From: Sandaracinaceae bacterium | GTDB lineage: Bacteria > Myxococcota_A > Polyangia > Polyangiales > Sandaracinaceae | Direction: 5' to 3' | Assembly (NCBI GenBank): GCA_044220955.1 | Contig: JBGAQA010000056.1 | Location: 1-43,494, forward strand | DNA: 43,494 bases | Shown: positions 31,962 through 43,494 of the stretch, piece after piece | Numbering within the stretch: position 1 is the stretch's first letter | Layout: the number at the start of each line of letters is the position of its first letter | Notes under the pieces: generated by a model | What the model was told of the DNA's origin: nothing | Database searches by the model: none | Seen by the model: the letters and a program-made list of their open reading frames with translations, nothing else | Translations under genes and position numbers: made by a program

Positions 31962-33460
31962 TGGCCTCCGGGAAGAAGCACTACGACCTCGGCGAAGCCG
32001 ATCTCGTCGAGCCGGGAACGTCGTTCGGTGAGGTCACCGACATCGTCAGCCGTGTGACGGAGGAACGGGCACCGCGCGGCTGGTGGTACATGTTCGTCGG
32101 CGCCGTCGCGATGACCGGTGTCCTCGGGCTGACGCTCGGATACCTGCTCTGGACCGGCATCGGCACCTGGGGGAACAACAGCCCCGTCGGCTGGGCCTGG
32201 GACATCACCAACTTCGTCTGGTGGATCGGCATCGGCCACGCGGGAACCCTGATCTCCGCCGTCCTCTACCTGTTCCGGCAGTACTGGCGTACCGCCATCA
32301 ACCGCTTCGCCGAAGCGATGACGATCTTCGCGGTCATCTGCGCGCTGATGTTCCCCACGATCCACACGGGTCGGCCGTGGCACATCTACTACCCGCTGCC
32401 GATCCCGAACGCGATGAACATCTGGCCGAACTTCAAGTCCCCGCTCCTCTGGGACGTGTTCGCGGTCAGCACCTACTTCACCGTCTCGCTCCTGTTCTGG
32501 TACGTCGGCCTCATCCCGGACTTCGCGACGCTGCGCGATCGGGCCGCGAAGAAGCTCCGAGCGCTCGGGACGTCGACACTGGAGGGCGGACCGCCGACGA
32601 ACGCGCTCGGCCTGCGCGCGGCGGTCTACGGCGGCCTCGCGCTCGGCTGGCGTGGCAGCAATCGCCACTGGTCGAACTACGAGCGCATGTACCTCATCCT
32701 CGCCGCCCTCTCGACGCCGCTGGTGCTCTCCGTGCACTCGGTGGTCAGCTTCGACTTCGCCACGTCGGTGGAGCCTGGCTGGCACACGACCATCTTCCCG
32801 CCGTACTTCGTCGCCGGCGCCGTGTTCAGCGGCTTCGCCATGGTCATGACGCTCTTGCTCATCGCGCGCGCGACCTTCGGCCTGCACAAGCTCGTCCAGA
32901 TGCACCACCTCGAGCTGATGAACACCATCATGCTCACGACGGGGAGCATCGTCGGGTACGCGTACGCGATGGAGTTCTTCATCGCCTGGTACTCGGGCAA
33001 CCCCTACGAGCGCTTCTGCTTCATCAATCGCGCGACCGGCCCGTACTGGTGGGCCTACTGGTCGATGATCAGCTGCAACGTGCTGGTCCCGCAGACCTTC
33101 TGGTTCAAGCGGATGCGCACGAGCATTCCCTGGATGTTCATCGCGTCGATCCTCATCAACATCGGCATGTGGTTCGAGCGCTTCGTCATCATCGTGACGA
33201 CGCTGCATCGCGACTACCTCACGAGCTCGTGGGGCACCTTCAGCCCGACGCTGGTCGACATCCTCATCTACACGGGGTCGCTCGGCCTCTTCTTCACCTG
33301 CTTCCTCCTCTTCATCCGCTGGATCCCGATGATCGCCATCGCCGAGGTCAAGATGGTGATGCCGCAGGCGAACCCGCACGCGGACGACCACCACGGGGAC
33401 GAGCACGCCGGCGAGCACGACGAAGACGAAGGGGCGGCACCCGCCGCGCAGGAGGCCTGA
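31961..33460 (+). CDS. actC: Alternative complex III quinol-binding membrane subunit (NrfD/PsrC family)
   Basis: [68 protein letters not shown]. Confidence 0.93.
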
Positions 33461-33463
33461 GCC

Positions 33464-34033
33464 ATGGCCGACGCACACAAGACGACGCGCCCCCGGATCA
33501 AGCGCCCGGTCCTGTACCTGGCGGAGTTCAACACCACCAAGGACGTCGTTCACGCGGCCGAGAAGGTGCGTGACGCGGGCTACAAGCGCTGGGACGTCCA
33601 CACGCCGTTCCCGATCCACGGCATGGATCGGGCGATGGGCATGGGCGACAGCAAGCTCGGATGGATCGTGCTCGCCTGCGGCCTCGCCGGCGTGAGCGGC
33701 GCGTTCTTGCTGATGTGGTTCACGAACGGGATCGACTACCCGATCATCATCGGCGGCAAGCCCGGGTACTCGCTGCCCTCGATGGTGCCCGTGATGTTCG
33801 AGCTCACGATCCTGCTCTCCGCGTTCGGCGCGGTGCTCGGCATGCTCGGCCTCAACCAGCTGCCACGCCATCATCACCACGTCTTCTACTCGGAGCGCTT
33901 CGAGCGCTGCTCGGACGACCGGTTCTTCGTCTCGATCGAGGCGGGGGACGAGAAGTTCGACCTCGAGGGAACCAAGAAGCTCCTCGAGTCGCTCCACCCG
34001 GAGTCGCTCGAGCTCATCCAGGAGGAGTCGTGA
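33464..34033 (+). CDS. actD: Alternative complex III subunit D (DUF3341)
   Basis: HTPFPIHGMD, IGGKP, PVMFELTIL, DRFFVSIE; expected position in the operon. Confidence 0.9.
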   Translation: MADAHKTTRPRIKRPVLYLAEFNTTKDVVHAAEKVRDAGYKRWDVHTPFPIHGMDRAMGMGDSKLGWIVLACGLAGVSGAFLLMWFTNGIDYPIIIGGKPGYSLPSMVPVMFELTILLSAFGAVLGMLGLNQLPRHHHHVFYSERFERCSDDRFFVSIEAGDEKFDLEGTKKLLESLHPESLELIQEES

Positions 34034-34944
34034 AGGCGCAGGTACTCCGGGCCGCGGTCCGCGCGGGCTTCGCCTGCGTCGTCGCGCTCGCCGGCACGGC
34101 ATGCCGTGGCCAGACGTCGAGCGAGCCGCCCATCGTCGTCTTCCGCGGCATGCACGAGATGCCGCGCTACGACGTCCAGGAAGAGGCGCCGTACTTCGAC
34201 GACGGCCGCGCGATGCGCCCGGTGGTGCCGGGGACGCTCCCACAGGAAGCCGTCGTCGAGCCCGACGTGGCCGAGGGCGTGGACGCGAGCGGGAACTACG
34301 TGTCGGTGATACCGCCGGGCGCGATGCAGCACTTCGCGTCGGGCGGCGCGGGCTCGGGCGCGATGCGCGCGATGCTCGATCGAGGACAACAGCGCTTCAA
34401 CATCTACTGCGCGCCGTGTCACGGCTACGCGGGCGACGGGCAGGGCATGGTCTCGCAGCGGGCGCTCGGCCTGGGCGTCGCGTTCGCCGCCGCGAACCTG
34501 CACGACGAGCAGTTCCTGCACATCCCGGACGGGCGCATGTTCATGACCATCTCGAACGGCGTGCGCAGCATGCCCGCGTACCGGGGGCAGATCCCCGTGT
34601 ACGACCGGTGGGCCATCGTGGCCTACGTACGTGCGCTGCAGCTGCACCAGGCAGACCCCGCCGCCGCAGCGGCGGACGACGACCACGATGGCGTGCCGAA
34701 CTTCGTGGACGGCTGTGACGATCAGCCGGAGGACGCCGACGGGTTCGCGGACGCCGATGGGTGCCCCGATCCGGACAACGACGGCGACACGGTGGTCGAC
34801 TCGGCGGATCTCTGCCCCGGGGTCGTCGGCCCTGTCGAGACGCAGGGCTGCCCGCCCGACCAGCTCCCCCAGGCTGCCGCGGCGGTCGCTCCCGCGCCGC
34901 CGGCTCCCCGTGTGCGCGTCGTCGCACCTGCGACGGAAGGCTGA
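34030..34944 (+). CDS. actE: Alternative complex III monohaem cytochrome c lipoprotein with extra thrombospondin type-3-like repeats
   Basis: GTG 34030 overlapping the actD stop, lipobox-like GTAC, GRAMRP, CAPCH, MPAY, DRWAIVAYVRALQ, then DxDxDG..D.C repeats. Confidence 0.88.
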   Translation: MKAQVLRAAVRAGFACVVALAGTACRGQTSSEPPIVVFRGMHEMPRYDVQEEAPYFDDGRAMRPVVPGTLPQEAVVEPDVAEGVDASGNYVSVIPPGAMQHFASGGAGSGAMRAMLDRGQQRFNIYCAPCHGYAGDGQGMVSQRALGLGVAFAAANLHDEQFLHIPDGRMFMTISNGVRSMPAYRGQIPVYDRWAIVAYVRALQLHQADPAAAAADDDHDGVPNFVDGCDDQPEDADGFADADGCPDPDNDGDTVVDSADLCPGVVGPVETQGCPPDQLPQAAAAVAPAPPAPRVRVVAPATEG

Positions 34945-34949
34945 AGACC

Positions 34950-36374
34950 ATGGCCTCGAAGGACAAGAGCGAGAAGCAGCCCTCCAAGTCGGGGGAAAAG
35001 GGCGGCGAGACGTCGACCGGCAAGCGGGCGGGCGACCTCTACCGCATCCCGCGCGACAGCGCGTGGGCGCGGGCCGCGCAGTACGCGGCCGTGTTCGGCG
35101 GCCTCGGCCTCGTCGCGAGCGCGTTCCTCTGGAACAGTGACTCGCACCGCTTCGCGTTCAGCTGGCTCTTCGCCGTGATGACGTTCCTGGCGATCTCGCT
35201 CGGCTCGATGTTCCTCATGCTGTTCCAGCACATCACGCAGGGACACTGGGGCATCGTCGTGCGCCGCACCCACGAGACGTTCGCGACGGGTGTCGCCGTG
35301 ATCGCGGTGTTCGTGGTGCCGCTCATGGCGCTGCACATGGCGGACCTCTACCCCTGGGTGCAGTTCGAGCGTGAGGAGGCCGAGCACGCCGCGACGGCGG
35401 GTGAGGGCGAGGGCGAAGGGCACTCGAGCGCCGATGTCCTCGTCGGCGCCGCCACCGCCCATGCGCAGGATCGCGGCGAGCCCGCCGAGGTCGAGCACGG
35501 GCATGCCGAGGCGCACACGCCCGAGCACGCGGCCCACGAGGCCACGATGCGCGCGAAGCTCGGCTACCTGAACCAGCGGTTCTTCCTGGGTCGGATGGTC
35601 GTGTACCTCGCCATCTGGCTCGGGCTCGCGTGGTTCTTCTACACGCGCTCGACCCAGCAGGATGTCTCCCGCGATCGGCAGATCACCGTCCAGCTCAACA
35701 AGGCGTCGCCGGTCGCGCTCTTCTTGCTGGCCCTCAGCCTGACCTTCGCGGCGTTCGACTGGATGATGTCGCTCGAGCCGACCTGGTTCTCGACGATCTT
35801 CGGCGTCCAGTACTTCGCCGTGTCGCTGGTGGCTTCGCTCGCGACGACCATCGTCGTGACGCACCTGCTCCGCAACGCGGGGCTGCTCGGCGACGCGGTC
35901 AGCCACGAGCACTTCCACGACATGGGGAAGCTGCTCTTCGGCTTCCTCGTGTTCTGGGCCTACATCACCTTCAGCCAGTTCATGCTGATCTGGTACGCGA
36001 GCATCCCGGAAGAGACGACCTACTACCACCTCCGCTTCAGCGGTGGCTGGCGGACGTTCTCGTGGTTCCTGCTCATCTGCCACTTCTTCGTCCCCTTCTT
36101 CGGCATCCTGTCGCGCAACATCAAGCGTCGCGTGTCCCTGCTCGCGATCGGCGCCGGATGGCTGCTCGTGATGCACGTGCTCGAGGTGTTCTGGCTGGTG
36201 ATGCCGTACACGAACGGCGGGACCGCCCTGGCGCCGACGGCGTCGGATCTCGCTGCGCTCCTGGCGGTGGGCGGCAGCTACTTCGCCTTCGTCTTCTTCA
36301 GGATGGCGCAGCACCCGCTCATCCCGGTCGGGGACCCGCGCCTGCCCGAGTCGCTCCATCACGAAGTCACCTGA
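34950..36374 (+). CDS. actF: Alternative complex III membrane subunit F
   Basis: WGIVVRR..E, LYPW, DWMMSLEP.WFSTIFG, HDMGKLLFGF..FWAYI.FSQFMLIWYASIPEE; start ATG 34950. Confidence 0.9.
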   Translation: MASKDKSEKQPSKSGEKGGETSTGKRAGDLYRIPRDSAWARAAQYAAVFGGLGLVASAFLWNSDSHRFAFSWLFAVMTFLAISLGSMFLMLFQHITQGHWGIVVRRTHETFATGVAVIAVFVVPLMALHMADLYPWVQFEREEAEHAATAGEGEGEGHSSADVLVGAATAHAQDRGEPAEVEHGHAEAHTPEHAAHEATMRAKLGYLNQRFFLGRMVVYLAIWLGLAWFFYTRSTQQDVSRDRQITVQLNKASPVALFLLALSLTFAAFDWMMSLEPTWFSTIFGVQYFAVSLVASLATTIVVTHLLRNAGLLGDAVSHEHFHDMGKLLFGFLVFWAYITFSQFMLIWYASIPEETTYYHLRFSGGWRTFSWFLLICHFFVPFFGILSRNIKRRVSLLAIGAGWLLVMHVLEVFWLVMPYTNGGTALAPTASDLAALLAVGGSYFAFVFFRMAQHPLIPVGDPRLPESLHHEVT

Positions 36375-36398
36375 GAGCAGAGAACCCGAGGAATCGCC

Positions 36399-36887
36399 AT
36401 GTCCGACGACGAACAGGTCGAGCTCGAACGCGACTCGAAAGGGCGCCTCAAGGGCAACGACGCGCCCCCGCAGAACGGCATCATCTTGGCCGCGGCGATC
36501 GCCTCGGTGGTGACCCTCTTCGGTCTGAAGTACGTGTTCGACTCCTACCTCGACGCGAGCAACCTCCACGTGCGGCGCTCGCACATCGCGCAGAGCCACG
36601 CGTCCGAGGTGCTCGCGGACTATCGCGCGCACGCGGAAGACCAGCTGCGGGGCGGGGAGATGCCCATCGGCGACGCGATGAGCCAGCTCGCGGAGCGTGG
36701 TCGCGCCGCGTTCCCCCAGATCCGCCCGGTGGCGGACACGACGACGGCGGCTCGCGAGGGCTGGTCGGCGATGCCCGTGGTCGCGGGTGAGCCGGCGCCG
36801 CGCGCCCAGGCCGCCGCGCCGGAGCCGGAGGAGCCCGCACCGCCGGCCGCGCCCGCCGACGTCCCCACGGAGGCCGCCGCTCCATGA
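36399..36887 (+). CDS. Single-TM protein in the ActG position
   Basis: One TM, 'MPIGDAMSQLAERG' segment, located between actF and sco; GAGGA SD. Confidence 0.65.
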   Translation: MSDDEQVELERDSKGRLKGNDAPPQNGIILAAAIASVVTLFGLKYVFDSYLDASNLHVRRSHIAQSHASEVLADYRAHAEDQLRGGEMPIGDAMSQLAERGRAAFPQIRPVADTTTAAREGWSAMPVVAGEPAPRAQAAAPEPEEPAPPAAPADVPTEAAAP

Positions 36888-37798
36888 TGCTCGCCGCCCA
36901 CGCGCTGGTTCCCTCGTCGAGCACCGGTCGGCTGCTCGTCGGCGGGCTCGCGTTCGCGGGCGCGTGGGGCATGCCGTTCGCGGTTCCGACCCGAGGCGAG
37001 GCACAGCAGCCGGTCACGCGACCGGAGATCGCGCCGGGTACGGGTGGCCGCGAGATGGCGCTGCAAGGCGTGGGCGTCGACGAGCGCTTCGACGGCGCAC
37101 TGCCGCGCGATGCGACGTTCCGGGACCACGAGGGGCACGAGGTCCGCCTCGGAGACATCGTCACCGGAGCCCGCCCGGCGGTGCTGCACTTCGTCTACTA
37201 CTCGTGCGCGACCGTCTGCGATCTCGCGATGACCAACGTCGCCACGGTCCTCACGCAGCAGCCGTGGACGGTCGGCACCGACTTCGACGTCATCACCGTC
37301 AGCATGGACCCGCGTGACCGGCCCGCGGACGCCGCCGCCGCGCGCGGCCGCCTTCTCGGCCGCTACGGGCGGACGGAGGCGGAGCAGGGCTGGCACTTCC
37401 TCGTCGGTGATGCGACGCAGATCCAGCGCCTGGCGGACGCGGTCGGATACCACTTCCGCTACGACGAGGTCACCGAGCAGTACGCGCACCCCGCCGTGCT
37501 CATGGTGCTTCAGGAGTCGGGGGCCGTCGCCCGCTACCTCTACGGCCTCGAGATCCCGGCCGACGACCTGCGGCTCGGGTTGCTCGAGGCGGCGCAGAAC
37601 CGCTCGATGAGCACCTCCGAGCGCGTGCTCTCTTTCTGCTTCCGATACGACCAGCACGACGGCCGCTACGTGCTCGCGGCGTGGAGCATCATGCGCACCG
37701 GCGGTGCCCTCACCATCCTCTTGCTCGGCGGCTTCCTCGCAACTCACTGGCTCCGGGAGCGTCGCCGCGGCGCGCCTCCCCCCGTTCGGGCGAGCTGA
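36884..37798 (+). CDS. SCO1/SenC-family copper chaperone
   Basis: YYSCATVC (CxxxC), VSMDP, WHFLVG, YAHPA, C-terminal TM; upstream of coxB. Confidence 0.9.
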   Translation: MMLAAHALVPSSSTGRLLVGGLAFAGAWGMPFAVPTRGEAQQPVTRPEIAPGTGGREMALQGVGVDERFDGALPRDATFRDHEGHEVRLGDIVTGARPAVLHFVYYSCATVCDLAMTNVATVLTQQPWTVGTDFDVITVSMDPRDRPADAAAARGRLLGRYGRTEAEQGWHFLVGDATQIQRLADAVGYHFRYDEVTEQYAHPAVLMVLQESGAVARYLYGLEIPADDLRLGLLEAAQNRSMSTSERVLSFCFRYDQHDGRYVLAAWSIMRTGGALTILLLGGFLATHWLRERRRGAPPPVRAS

Positions 37799-37819
37799 AA
37801 GCGCCTCCAAGGGAAGACC

Positions 37820-38842
37820 ATGCAGACCCAGACCACACCCAGCTTCCAGCTCCCTGCGCAGCTCTCCACGATCGCGCCCGAGATCGACTGGCTCTACGAC
37901 TTCATCTCGATCATCAGCCTGATCTTCTTCGTCGGCATCGTCGGCTTCATGGTGTACTTCATGGTGAAGTACCGGCGGCGGCCCGGCGTGAAGGCGGAGC
38001 CGACGGGGCACCACAACACGCTCGAGCTGTTCTGGACGTTCTCGCCGCTGATCCTGCTCTTCATGATGTTCCACTGGGGCTTCCAGACGTACATCCAGGC
38101 GTCGGTCGCGCCGGACGATGCGCTCAACATCCGCGTCCGTGCGAGCCAGTGGATCTGGAACTTCGAGCAGCCCAACGGGGTGAGCGAGACCGGTGAGGTC
38201 CACGTGCCCGCAGGGCGGCCGGTCCGCATGGTCATCTCGTCGGACGACGTGCTGCACAGCTTCTTCGTCCCGGACTTCCGGGTGAAGCGCGACGCCGTGC
38301 CCGGCATGTTCACGTCCCTGTGGTTCGAGGCAGTCATCCCGAACGACGAAGAGGGCAACCCGATCCGGCCTCGCGAGGACCACGTCCTCTACGACTCGCA
38401 GGTGTTCTGCACCGAGTACTGCGGCACGAGCCACTCGGCGATGCTCGCGACGCTGCACGTGATGACGCAGGAGGACTACGAGGAGTTCCTGGCCGTCGGC
38501 CCGCAGTGCACCGGCGGCTCGAACGCCGACGGCAGCTGCAACGACGCCGAGCTCATCACCTGGGGTCAGTCGAACTTCCAGAGCATCGGCTGCCCGACCT
38601 GCCACAGCGCCGTGTCGGGTGGCCCGATGGCGCCCGGGCCCAACCTCTTCGGCATCGCGGGCGGTCCCGTCGACCTCGAGGGCGGCACGAGCGTGTCCGC
38701 CGACGCCGCGTACCTCGAGCAGTCGATCCGCGACCCGCAGTCGCAGATCGTCCGCGGCTACGCCGGCGTGCAGATGTCCCACTTCCGGCTGGGCGACGCG
38801 CAGATCGCGTCGCTGGTCGCCTACATTTCCTCCCTCCACTGA
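37820..38842 (+). CDS. coxB: Cytochrome c oxidase subunit II with fused cytochrome c (caa3 type)
   Basis: Two TMs, LELFWT, DVLHSF, CuA motif CTEYCGTSHSAM, C-terminal CPTCH haem motif. Confidence 0.95.
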   Translation: MQTQTTPSFQLPAQLSTIAPEIDWLYDFISIISLIFFVGIVGFMVYFMVKYRRRPGVKAEPTGHHNTLELFWTFSPLILLFMMFHWGFQTYIQASVAPDDALNIRVRASQWIWNFEQPNGVSETGEVHVPAGRPVRMVISSDDVLHSFFVPDFRVKRDAVPGMFTSLWFEAVIPNDEEGNPIRPREDHVLYDSQVFCTEYCGTSHSAMLATLHVMTQEDYEEFLAVGPQCTGGSNADGSCNDAELITWGQSNFQSIGCPTCHSAVSGGPMAPGPNLFGIAGGPVDLEGGTSVSADAAYLEQSIRDPQSQIVRGYAGVQMSHFRLGDAQIASLVAYISSLH

Positions 38843-38863
38843 GAAGTTCGGAGAGCAAACGAC

Positions 38864-40630
<1,767 letters not shown>

Positions 40631-40633
40631 GCC

Positions 40634-41323
40634 ATGGCCCAGACGACCGACACCGCCCACGCGCCGGACGATCACGGCCACGCTCACCACGGGCCGAAGT
40701 GGCTCCAGCACCACTTCGACACGCCCATCCAGCAGTTCGAGTCGAGCAAGCTCGGGATGTGGCTCTTCCTCGCTCAGGAGATCCTGTTCTTCAGCGGGCT
40801 CTTCGTGGCGTACGCCATCGTGCGCGTCGGATACCCCGAGGCCTTCGCCGCGGGCTCCCACGAGCTCAACCGCTTCATCGGCGGCGGCAACACCATCGTG
40901 CTGCTCTTCTCGAGCTTCACGGCCGCCTGCGCCGTCCGCTCCGCGCAGCTCGGCGACAAGCGCGGCGTGTCCATGAACCTCATCGTCACGATGCTCTGCG
41001 CCGTGGCGTTCCTCGTGATCAAGTACTTCGAGTACAGCCTGAAGTTCGAGCACGGTCTCTTGCCGGGCGTCCACTGGCACCCGCACCTCGACCACACGCT
41101 CCCGGCGCACACGCACGTGTTCTTCGGCATCTACTTCATGCTCACGGGCTTGCACGGCATCCACGTGGCCATCGGCATCGGCGTGATCTTCTGGGTCTGG
41201 CGCCGCAACGAGCGGGGCGACTTCAGCAAGGACTACTGGACGCCGGTCGATCTCGTGGCGCTCTACTGGCACCTCGTCGATCTCGTGTGGATCTACCTCT
41301 TCCCCCTCCTGTACCTCATCTGA
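40634..41323 (+). CDS. coxC: Cytochrome c oxidase subunit III
   Basis: GMWLFLAQE..FF.GLF, NT.VLL.SS, YFMLTGLHGIHV, LYWHLVDLVWIYLFPLLYL. Confidence 0.95.
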   Translation: MAQTTDTAHAPDDHGHAHHGPKWLQHHFDTPIQQFESSKLGMWLFLAQEILFFSGLFVAYAIVRVGYPEAFAAGSHELNRFIGGGNTIVLLFSSFTAACAVRSAQLGDKRGVSMNLIVTMLCAVAFLVIKYFEYSLKFEHGLLPGVHWHPHLDHTLPAHTHVFFGIYFMLTGLHGIHVAIGIGVIFWVWRRNERGDFSKDYWTPVDLVALYWHLVDLVWIYLFPLLYLI

Positions 41324-41336
41324 GGCGAGGCAAGCG

Positions 41337-42053
41337 ATGGCCGATACCAAGCAAGCACACGCCGACGACCACAGCGACCACCACGACGATGGCGCCGTCC
41401 ACGTCCACATCCACTCGATCAAGTTCTACGGGGCCATCCTCGGGACGCTGATCCTGCTGACGGTCCTCACCATCGGTACGTCGCTCGTCGATATCGACGG
41501 GTTCGTCCAGCCGGGCACGCCGCAGGGCGCGGGTGGCTTCAACCTGGCGCTCGCGATGGTCATCGCCACGATCAAGGCCGGCTTCGTCGTCACGTTCTTC
41601 ATGCACCTGCGGGACGACAGCCGCTTCAACGCCCTGGTCTTCGTCGGCTCGGTGCTCTTCGCGGGCGTCTTCCTCGCTTACACCCTGAACGACACGGGGC
41701 GCCGCGGGCAGGGCGACCCGTACTACGGCGTTCACCTCCTCCCGACGACCGGGGAGCGCGCGCCAGGTGGCGTCCGGTGTCGCTTCGAGGGGGAAGAGGC
41801 GGAGCCAGGTGTCGTCGGGCTGCCGATCTGCGGCGTCAACGACGCGGCGCACGTCGTCCCCTGCCAGTTCGCGGAGGGAGGCCACGCGGCCGAGGCGATC
41901 GACGGCGTGGGCGTGTGCATCTGGGAGCGCGGGACGATCACCGCCGTGACGCGCGGCCAGTTCGAGTCCGGCCGTGTCGGGGACCCGGCGCCGGCGCACG
42001 AGGGCGAGCATGCCGAGGGCGCGGACGGCGAGGGCGGCGAACACCACGAGTGA
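41337..42053 (+). CDS. coxD: Cytochrome c oxidase subunit IV with a Cys-containing C-terminal extension
   Basis: LILLTVLT, IATIKAGFVVTFFMHLR, three TMs, then about 115 additional residues. Confidence 0.85.
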   Translation: MADTKQAHADDHSDHHDDGAVHVHIHSIKFYGAILGTLILLTVLTIGTSLVDIDGFVQPGTPQGAGGFNLALAMVIATIKAGFVVTFFMHLRDDSRFNALVFVGSVLFAGVFLAYTLNDTGRRGQGDPYYGVHLLPTTGERAPGGVRCRFEGEEAEPGVVGLPICGVNDAAHVVPCQFAEGGHAAEAIDGVGVCIWERGTITAVTRGQFESGRVGDPAPAHEGEHAEGADGEGGEHHE

Positions 42054-42870
42054 TCACCCGAAGATCCTGCGGAGGGCGGGGGTCGCGACCCTCGCGGCGC
42101 TCGTGTCGTTGGCGTGCGTCGAGATGCCTCGCCAGCACGTCGCCTCGCTGCCGGATCGCGGGTACCCGCAGTGCGCGGAGGGTGCGGAGCCCGCGCAGGC
42201 GGCGGCGGTGGAGCGTGCGCTCCGCGCCGGGCCTGTGATGACCGAGCAGAGCGTCGTGGAGACGTTCTCGCTCGCGTCCCGAGGCTGCCACGTCGTCTAC
42301 ACGGGGCGCGAGGAGTGGTCGCTCGGCGTGACCGACCTCGAGATCGTGTACGACGCCGAGCTACATCCTCTTCGCGTCTACCGCCGGGAGACGGCGCCGG
42401 GCCCGCAGGAGCCAGCCGCGCGAACCGATGTGCGGGTCTTCGACCTCCGGGGACCGCACGTGGAGCTGGCCCGTCGCGCGCCGCTCGGCGAGATCGAGCG
42501 GCTCGTCTATCGCGCCGCGACCCCTGGGGTGGTCATCGCCACGGGACGCGGCGCGCTGACCCCGTGGATCCAGCGAGCGCGATTGCCGGTCGGGGGACGT
42601 CTGCGCGAGCCGGTCCTCGACATCCGCGAGCGCGTCGAGGTCATCCGAGACGTGACCCTGCGACGCGAGGACGACCGTGACGACGCGCTCCTCGGTCACG
42701 TCCGCGTGTACACGATCTACGGCCGCGAGCCGGTGTACGCGGACGAGCACGACGTGATCGTCGGGGACATGATGGGGCTCGTGGACGCCGCGCTCGTCGA
42801 CCGACCCCGCGATCCCGCGGTGATCACCGACGGTCCACCGGCGCCGCGCGAGCCCTTCGGCGCCCGCTGA
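42010..42870 (+). CDS. Hypothetical lipoprotein
   Basis: LRRAGVATLAALVSLAC lipobox-like signal and a beta-rich body. Start uncertain; ATG 42010 overlaps the end of coxD. Confidence 0.6.
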   Translation: MPRARTARAANTTSDHPKILRRAGVATLAALVSLACVEMPRQHVASLPDRGYPQCAEGAEPAQAAAVERALRAGPVMTEQSVVETFSLASRGCHVVYTGREEWSLGVTDLEIVYDAELHPLRVYRRETAPGPQEPAARTDVRVFDLRGPHVELARRAPLGEIERLVYRAATPGVVIATGRGALTPWIQRARLPVGGRLREPVLDIRERVEVIRDVTLRREDDRDDALLGHVRVYTIYGREPVYADEHDVIVGDMMGLVDAALVDRPRDPAVITDGPPAPREPFGAR

Positions 42871-42913
42871 CGAGGGCTGGACCCCGCAGCGCGTGCCCTC
42901 TACCCTGCTCGCG

Positions 42914-43494
42914 ATGGACGACGGCACGCGCGAGATCCGTCCGGGACGCGCCGCGACCACGCAGCCGTACGAGGAGGAGTTCCTCTTCCACCTCTCGCGC
43001 GGCAGCGAGTACCTCGTCGAGAACCACGTCGAGCGGGCGAAGGAGGAGCTCGAGCGCGCGCTCGGCTACCAGCCGCACGACGCCAAGGGCCAGGATCTGC
43101 TCGCGAGCGTGTACTTCCGCCTCGGGGTGTACCCGCGGGCCATCGAGATCTGGTCGCGTCTCGCGAAGGCCCACCCGGGCGATCTCGCGCTGCGGGTGAA
43201 CCTGGGCCTCGTGCTCCTGAAGACGGGCCAGCCCGAGGAGGCGCGCGCGAACTTCCAGCGCGCGACCGAGATCGATCCCAGGCACGCGCGCGCGTATCGC
43301 TACCTCGGGCTCGCGCAGTGGCGCTGCGGCGATCTCGACCGAGCGCGTGAGTCGTTCCTTCGAGGCGGCGAGGTCACGATGGCTCGCCGAATGGAGGAGA
43401 TGCTCGACGACACGGGCGCGCCCGCCGCCGGGCCGCCCGCGGGGCGCGAGCCCACCCCCGCCGGGGGGCGCGCGCCGGCCCCCCCAAGCCCACG
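42914..43494 (+). CDS. TPR protein, 3'-truncated (absent from the ORF track)
   Basis: Own translation: MDDGTREIRPG...EEEFLFHLSRGSEYL...QDLLASVYFRLGVYPRA...RVNLGLVLLKTGQPEEA...AYRYLGLA; open to the window end. Confidence 0.8.
   Translation, partial: MDDGTREIRPGRAATTQPYEEEFLFHLSRGSEYLVENHVERAKEELERALGYQPHDAKGQDLLASVYFRLGVYPRAIEIWSRLAKAHPGDLALRVNLGLVLLKTGQPEEARANFQRATEIDPRHARAYRYLGLAQWRCGDLDRARESFLRGGEVTMARRMEEMLDDTGAPAAGPPAGREPTPAGGRAPAPPSP

Overview
Very GC-rich window (roughly 70% by eye). Gene content points to a myxobacterium (Myxococcota, probably Polyangiales/Sandaracinaceae-like; inference). Four blocks: (1) 1-7.4 kb: signalling and housekeeping, with two NtrC-type sigma54 activators, a stand-alone receiver behind a well-matched sigma54 promoter, a degenerate STAS/RsbR-like protein, aspartokinase and a frameshifted HSL-family esterase. 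(2) 7.5-22.6 kb: an ECF sigma/zinc anti-sigma pair divergent from a translationally coupled Glt/Nfs-like envelope operon (secreted protein, three TPR proteins, GltF-like, a degenerate TolQ/ExbB-like protein, GltG/TonB-like), followed by a separately promoted outer-membrane beta-barrel. (3) 22.6-27.8 kb: purA, hisZ and a cytoplasmic Ser/Thr kinase carrying GYF-like and tandem MshEN-like motifs. (4) 27.8-42.1 kb: alternative complex III (actA-F) with SCO and an A2-type caa3 oxidase, where ActE and subunit IV carry unusual extra domains; then a lipoprotein and a truncated TPR gene. No rRNA, tRNA, CRISPR array or mobile element was seen. All family assignments come from motif recognition by eye, not database searches.
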